64,000 nt of DNA, taken from contig CAVSHB010000001.1 of assembly GCA_963727775.1 (NCBI GenBank), forward strand, positions 1,120,001-1,184,000, read 5' to 3'. Positions 59,550-64,000 of the stretch are shown here, piece after piece; the first letter of the stretch is position 1; every line of letters starts with the position of its first letter. The position numbers and the translations under genes are program-made. The notes beneath the pieces are model-generated. The model was not told where the DNA came from. It was given only the letters and a program-made list of their open reading frames with translations, and ran no database searches. This DNA comes from an uncultured Nitrospiraceae bacterium (lineage in GTDB: Bacteria; Nitrospirota; Thermodesulfovibrionia; Thermodesulfovibrionales; SM23-35).

Positions 59550-60344
59550 ATGAAAAGGTCATTTTTGGGAATATTACTTTTGGCGTTGGTAATTGCAGTT
59601 CCTATTCCAGCGATGGCAAGGGTAGATATAGCCGTTAGTATTTCTCTGCCGCCGCCCATCGTATTTTCCGCACCACCGGATGTGATAGTGATGCCTGATA
59701 CGAGCGATGTTTACGTTGCTCCCGACATCGATGTAGACCTCTTTTTCTGGAATGGTTGGTGGTGGCGTCTATGGGAAGGTAGTTGGTATCGCTCACATTA
59801 TTATGACCGGGACTGGGGTTACTATAACAATGTTCCAAGTTTCTATTTTGATGTGGATCCAGGTTGGAGGGGATACTACAGAGACCATAATTGGTACGGG
59901 CACCGATGGACCTATGAACGGATTCCTCACCAACGACTTCAACAGAATTGGAAGGGCTGGAAAAATGATCGACATTGGGAAAAGCAAGGAACCTGGGGCA
60001 TCCAGAGTTATCAACCTCGACCACAAAAACAGAGACAGGAACTAAGACAACAAAGGCAACAGCAATATCAACAGAGGCCTGAGGTTCAGCAGAAGCAAAG
60101 ACAACCTAAGGAGAAAGTTCAGCAGCAACAGCAAAGACAACCTAAGGAGAAAGTTCAGCAGCAACAGCAGAGACAACCTAAGGAGAAGGTTCAGCAGCAA
60201 CAGCAGCAAAGACAGCCTAAAGAGAAGGTTCAGCAGCAACAGCAGCAAAGACAGCCTAAAGAGAAGGTTCAGCAGCAACAAAGACAACCTAAGGAGAAAG
60301 GAAAACCTGAAAGAGGAAAGGAAGAAAAACAGGATAGAAATTAG
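59550..60344 (+). CDS. Secreted Trp/Tyr-rich protein with Gln-rich repeat tail
   Basis: Signal peptide; paralog of 10857-11366; (Qn-RQPKEKV) repeats. Confidence 0.8.
   Translation: MKRSFLGILLLALVIAVPIPAMARVDIAVSISLPPPIVFSAPPDVIVMPDTSDVYVAPDIDVDLFFWNGWWWRLWEGSWYRSHYYDRDWGYYNNVPSFYFDVDPGWRGYYRDHNWYGHRWTYERIPHQRLQQNWKGWKNDRHWEKQGTWGIQSYQPRPQKQRQELRQQRQQQYQQRPEVQQKQRQPKEKVQQQQQRQPKEKVQQQQQRQPKEKVQQQQQQRQPKEKVQQQQQQRQPKEKVQQQQRQPKEKGKPERGKEEKQDRN
60083..60300 (+). repeat. Coding tandem repeat, about six units of 30-36 bp
   Basis: GTTCAGCAGCAACAGCAAAGACAACCTAAGGAGAAA and variants, encoding VQQQQ(Q)RQPKEK. Confidence 0.9.
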
Positions 60345-60419
60345 GATGACAAAAGGTTCACTCGCCAATCAAAAGAGGCTTGTATTTATCAAAGGGCTCG
60401 CGTTGCCCCCTCTCCAGTA

Positions 60420-60550
60420 CAAAAGGTGATCTTGTGACGTTGGGTGGCAAGGCCGGGATTGCAGCCGAAAAAGACCTGGTGAGCAAACTTGTCAACGACG
60501 TAAAGAGTGTGAAGAACGTAAGGAACCAGATGACCATCGAGGAGTCCAAA
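60420..60550 (+). pseudogene. C-terminal fragment of a BON domain gene
   Basis: LVTLGGKAGIAAEKDLVSKLVNDVKSVKNVRNQMTIEE with no start or signal peptide. Confidence 0.6.
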
Positions 60551-60653
60551 CAGACTCTTGATCTTTGTGCCGGCTTGCGCATCTCGCGCCAGCCGGCACA
60601 ATGCCACTTGCGCACTATGTTAATGCGGCCCACCGCTGCCAAGGAGTTAAGGC

Positions 60654-60869
60654 ATGTCAATTTTAAAGAATATTATTTTGGTTTTTTTCAGCTGCATGAT
60701 TATCGTTTCTTTTACCGCCTGTAAAAAAGAAGGGCCTGCCGAGCGTGCAGGAAAGAAAATAGACGAGACTGTAGAAAAGGCCGGGGACAAGATAAAAGAG
60801 TCAGCAGAAAAAACAGGTGATAAAATTGAGGAAGCCGGGGATAAAATGAAGGAATCTACTAAAAAATAA
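60654..60869 (+). CDS. Small lipoprotein with LEA-like charged repeats
   Basis: FTAC lipobox; EGPAERAGKKIDE...AGDKI repeats. Confidence 0.8.
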   Translation: MSILKNIILVFFSCMIIVSFTACKKEGPAERAGKKIDETVEKAGDKIKESAEKTGDKIEEAGDKMKESTKK

Positions 60870-60935
60870 GATGGATGACAGGAAGAGTGGCTCCTGAAAA
60901 AACGTTACATTAATCAATTAAAATCAGGAGGATTT

Positions 60936-61325
60936 ATGGATAAATCGTCTCACCATATAAAGATGTGTGAAAGCGTAAACGTGATACAAAAGCGGTGGAA
61001 ACCCGAGTTTGGAGACTTTTTTATCTCGATGTCATTAGGCCTGACTTCACAAAGTCAGCCAATTACAAGTGACCTTGAGAAGAAGGTATCTTATTTAAAG
61101 ACAATAAAGGCTGTTTGGCTTCCAAGACAAGACCAGCTACAGGAGATGGTAATCGAAAAACATGCAACGCCCTGGGATTTAGCCATAGCATTCAGTAATG
61201 ATTTAATGGGTGAAGATGCATCATACTTCGAAAAATTTGATAGTATGGAAAAACTATGGCTTGCATTTATCATGTTTGAAAAATACAAGAGGAAATGGAA
61301 AGAAGGAGAGTGGATTCAATCATGA
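60936..61325 (+). CDS. Hypothetical protein
   Basis: AGGAGG RBS; WLPRQDQLQEM, SMEKLWLAFIM. Confidence 0.7.
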   Translation: MDKSSHHIKMCESVNVIQKRWKPEFGDFFISMSLGLTSQSQPITSDLEKKVSYLKTIKAVWLPRQDQLQEMVIEKHATPWDLAIAFSNDLMGEDASYFEKFDSMEKLWLAFIMFEKYKRKWKEGEWIQS

Positions 61326-61777
61326 TCGATATGTTTAAAAGCCTCAGTACTTATACGAAAGGTGAAAAGAGCGTATTTAATTATCTGAGTGATGAAGATC
61401 TCAAGAATCTGTCCGCTTTTTTCGAAAGCAAGAATATACCGGCGGGTGAGACACTGTGGAAAGCAAAGGACCCTTTCGATTATATAGCATTTATTGTTTC
61501 AGGAAAAGTAGAAATAAAAAAAGAAACGGAGTTCGGGGAAATGAATCTGATTCTGGGCATATACAGCAAGGGTGCATTATGCATTCTTGACGACAGTATC
61601 AGAAAAGTTACAGCAGTAGCGCTTGAAGATGTTTCACTTGCGATTATTACTCAGAAAAACCTGGATAAACTAATCGCCACAGATCCTGAATTGGGAGCCA
61701 AACTCCTGAAGGGGATGCTCCTTACCGTATCAGATCGTTTGAGAAAGTCCTTTGATCGCCTTACAGTGTTCTCCTGA
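61322..61777 (+). CDS. Cyclic nucleotide-binding domain protein
   Basis: F.YLSDEDL...PAGETLW...FIVSGKVEI...RKVTAVALED. Confidence 0.8.
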   Translation: MIDMFKSLSTYTKGEKSVFNYLSDEDLKNLSAFFESKNIPAGETLWKAKDPFDYIAFIVSGKVEIKKETEFGEMNLILGIYSKGALCILDDSIRKVTAVALEDVSLAIITQKNLDKLIATDPELGAKLLKGMLLTVSDRLRKSFDRLTVFS

Positions 61778-61967
61778 TCTGTTTTATCTGAACCAGTACA
61801 GAATACTTTAATCCAATTAGATCTTAGCTGATGAAACTCCGGCACGGCTCATCCACTCCGCTAGTTGCAAAGCCAATGTCCTCGATGGTTTTGGGATGAG
61901 GCTCTTAATAAACTGCTGCTATGATTTCCGTCTCCTTTTTGAAAAATCATATTTGTAAAAAGGCCAA

Positions 61968-62327
61968 TTATCTCACGGGATAGTACCCTCTCGGCGCATA
62001 ATATCTCGTCGATGCTGCATATGCTCTCGGCGCATAATATCTCGTCGGTGATACATATGCTCTTGGTGCATAGTATGCTCCAGGAGCGTAGTATGTTTCA
62101 GGTACCTGTGGTGCATAACCGTATGTCGCTGGTCCTGTGGCTGCAAGATTGACTACGGTTCCGATAATGGCCCCAGGAATGCCCAGAGCAGCGGTGATTG
62201 GCCACAAAGGATTGAATCCACTGCCTCTTCCATGGTATCCTCCTCCCCATCCGCCGGCAAACACTGGTGCTACTGATGTTAAGGATAGAAGGCTTGCAAC
62301 GATAAGTATTACAACAATCTTTCTCAT
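61968..62327 (-). CDS. Secreted Tyr/Pro/Gly-rich hypothetical protein
   Basis: GGAGG RBS, signal peptide, YYAPRAY repeats. Confidence 0.7.
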   Translation of the reverse strand: MRKIVVILIVASLLSLTSVAPVFAGGWGGGYHGRGSGFNPLWPITAALGIPGAIIGTVVNLAATGPATYGYAPQVPETYYAPGAYYAPRAYVSPTRYYAPRAYAASTRYYAPRGYYPVR

Positions 62328-62655
62328 AAATCCTCCTCTTCCATTATTTATTCTTATCAATATCCGAAACACTCATATACTTATTATTGTACTTTATGCA
62401 TAAAAAAGATGTCGGGATCCAGCTGATTTTATTATCAGTATTTATGTCATTCTTCTGTAAGTGCATGTCCTACATCCGGTGGGCATAAAAGGGAATTATC
62501 GTTAAATTGCTATAGGTTATCTGTACGCATTACGAGCTGAATTATTCGCTCTTCGCCTTCCTGTGAGTCCTCCCCGTTGGAACCTGATATAATTGAGATA
62601 GTTCCACTGGTAATAATTAGATGATAGAGACAACCTTTCAAGAAAGAAAGGAACC

Positions 62656-62841
62656 ATGAAACCATTTACAACCATTGCTATTATCGTATTCTCGCTTATC
62701 GCTGTGATACATCTTCTCCGGCTGTTCTTTGGATGGGAAGTTGTCATAAGTGGGATGATTTTGCCTATATGGATAAGTGCGCCTGGCTTTTTAATTGCAT
62801 CGGGGCTTGCATTAATGCTGTGGCGAGAATCTCGGAAATAA
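62656..62841 (+). CDS. Small 2-TM membrane protein
   Basis: MKPFTTIAIIVFSLIAVIHLLRL...; AAGGA RBS. Confidence 0.75.
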   Translation: MKPFTTIAIIVFSLIAVIHLLRLFFGWEVVISGMILPIWISAPGFLIASGLALMLWRESRK

Positions 62842-62928
62842 GAACAGCAAGGATCGGGTGAATCAGAGGCTTCAATCAACTGAAAGGTAAAAGAGAAAAG
62901 GTAAGGTACAATGAAAAGGGAGGAATGA

Positions 62929-64000
62929 ATGAGGCTTAACAAAATACTTCTTGGTTTCTTAGTCTTGATTGTTTCTTTATTTTTGCTCGCAGGCTGCGGC
63001 GGCTCGTCTTCGTCCAAAGAATCAGGAAGCGTCCCTGTTCAGCACATCGGGAGCATGGCCGCCGAGTTATTTTCAACATATATCTTTAGTCTCAATATGC
63101 CGCAGAAATATGGCTCTTTGGACGCTATCACAGCTGCGCAGGAGGGTGCCTGGAAATCGGCTTGGTATGATCTATGGAACAAGCTCATCCCGAATTTCAA
63201 GTATCCCTTCAATATGTACAAGATTTACTACGACATCACCCGCCCTGACGGGACAGTACAGCACCTATCCGGCCTGCTCGTAGTACCGACAAGCGTCGTT
63301 GGGATCAAGATCAATGTTCCGATCATATCCTTGCAGCACCCTACGCAGGTTGAGCGAAAATACTCACCATCCAACGGAAATGTGCTGGACAATGAACTGA
63401 CGGTACCTTTCGCCATGGCGCTTGCGTCAATGGGGTATATAACTGTGGTCGCCGACTATCCTGGTATGGGTATCAACTATGACGTGCACCCCTACTGTCT
63501 GGAAGTGTTGGCCGATTCAATAATTGGAATGATTCGAGCTGCGCGGGATAGCAAAGGCTCTTGGCTCCTGTCTGACCAAAGCACCAACTGGAACGGGCAA
63601 CTTTACCTCATCGGCTATTCAGAGGGAGGCTACGCAACCATGGTGGCCGCCAAGCATCTACAACAGGAAGGTGAATTTGCCGTTTCAGCAGTAGCTGCGC
63701 TTGATGGGCCTTATTCACTTTCCGACACTATGCGCAATGTGATGATCAATGCCGATGCGACTTATCCTTCACCGTATTTCCTGCCGTATACTATTGCCGG
63801 ATACGGTGACTTCTACAAGGCTCAAACTGACGCTTTCAACTTTGACAATGCAGTTAAAGGTCAGGTGCCTTCCTACGCACCACAAAAGGGCATGACGTAC
63901 GCAGGGCAGCTCTACTCAATGCTTGACGGAACTTTCTCGGGCAACCAAATCAGCGTCTTTATGCAGAAGGCAACTCCCTATGACGGACCAAAGAGCATTT
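62929..64000 (+). CDS. Lipoprotein alpha/beta hydrolase (secretory lipase-like), runs off the window edge
   Basis: Manual translation MRLNKILLGFLVLIVSLFLLAGC...SGLLVVP...VADYPGMG...HPY...GYSEGG. Confidence 0.85.
   Translation, partial: MRLNKILLGFLVLIVSLFLLAGCGGSSSSKESGSVPVQHIGSMAAELFSTYIFSLNMPQKYGSLDAITAAQEGAWKSAWYDLWNKLIPNFKYPFNMYKIYYDITRPDGTVQHLSGLLVVPTSVVGIKINVPIISLQHPTQVERKYSPSNGNVLDNELTVPFAMALASMGYITVVADYPGMGINYDVHPYCLEVLADSIIGMIRAARDSKGSWLLSDQSTNWNGQLYLIGYSEGGYATMVAAKHLQQEGEFAVSAVAALDGPYSLSDTMRNVMINADATYPSPYFLPYTIAGYGDFYKAQTDAFNFDNAVKGQVPSYAPQKGMTYAGQLYSMLDGTFSGNQISVFMQKATPYDGPKSI

Noticed and set aside
60083..60300. Regularly spaced 30-36-bp repeats resembling a CRISPR array
   Set aside because: No unique spacers, in-frame coding repeat, no cas genes
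61985..62095. 36-bp-period repeat (GGCGCATAATATCTCGTCG)
   Set aside because: Encodes YYAPRAY repeats within a CDS; only two to three units

Overview
Bacterial chromosomal window; gene content and style suggest an anaerobic Nitrospirota/Desulfobacterota-like organism (inference). Housekeeping genes include dcd, uvrA, dapB, yacG, nifU/nifS, pepA, mutS2, rarA, two cardiolipin synthases, several two-component proteins, a P-type ATPase, tRNA-Leu(TAA) and tRNA-Ala(GGC). Mobile DNA: one IS5/ISNCY-like element (503-2125), two near-identical IS200-type elements (about 14818-15395 and 57336-57913), and a 6.6-kb integrative element (25731-32379). That element encodes a tyrosine integrase, an excisionase-like HTH and a rolling-circle (gene II/X-like) Rep. 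It is unusual in duplicating the 5' half of tRNA-Leu and supplying a replacement promoter. Its AT-rich cargo is a two-gene operon (B12-binding radical SAM enzyme plus a 2-TM protein with a predicted DUF5919/PLD-like domain), my best candidate for an undescribed, possibly anti-phage, system. Other highlights: a likely unannotated selenoprotein (DUF1573, S-U-G-C with a SECIS-like hairpin, 11666-12040), a UvrA lacking its insertion domain, a sigma54 enhancer/promoter ahead of a cluster of small envelope lipoproteins, and several decayed genes (apbE, a nicotinate PRTase remnant, AsmA with an internal TAG, a frameshifted entericidin, a BON remnant). All family calls come from motif recognition by eye; no database searches were run.
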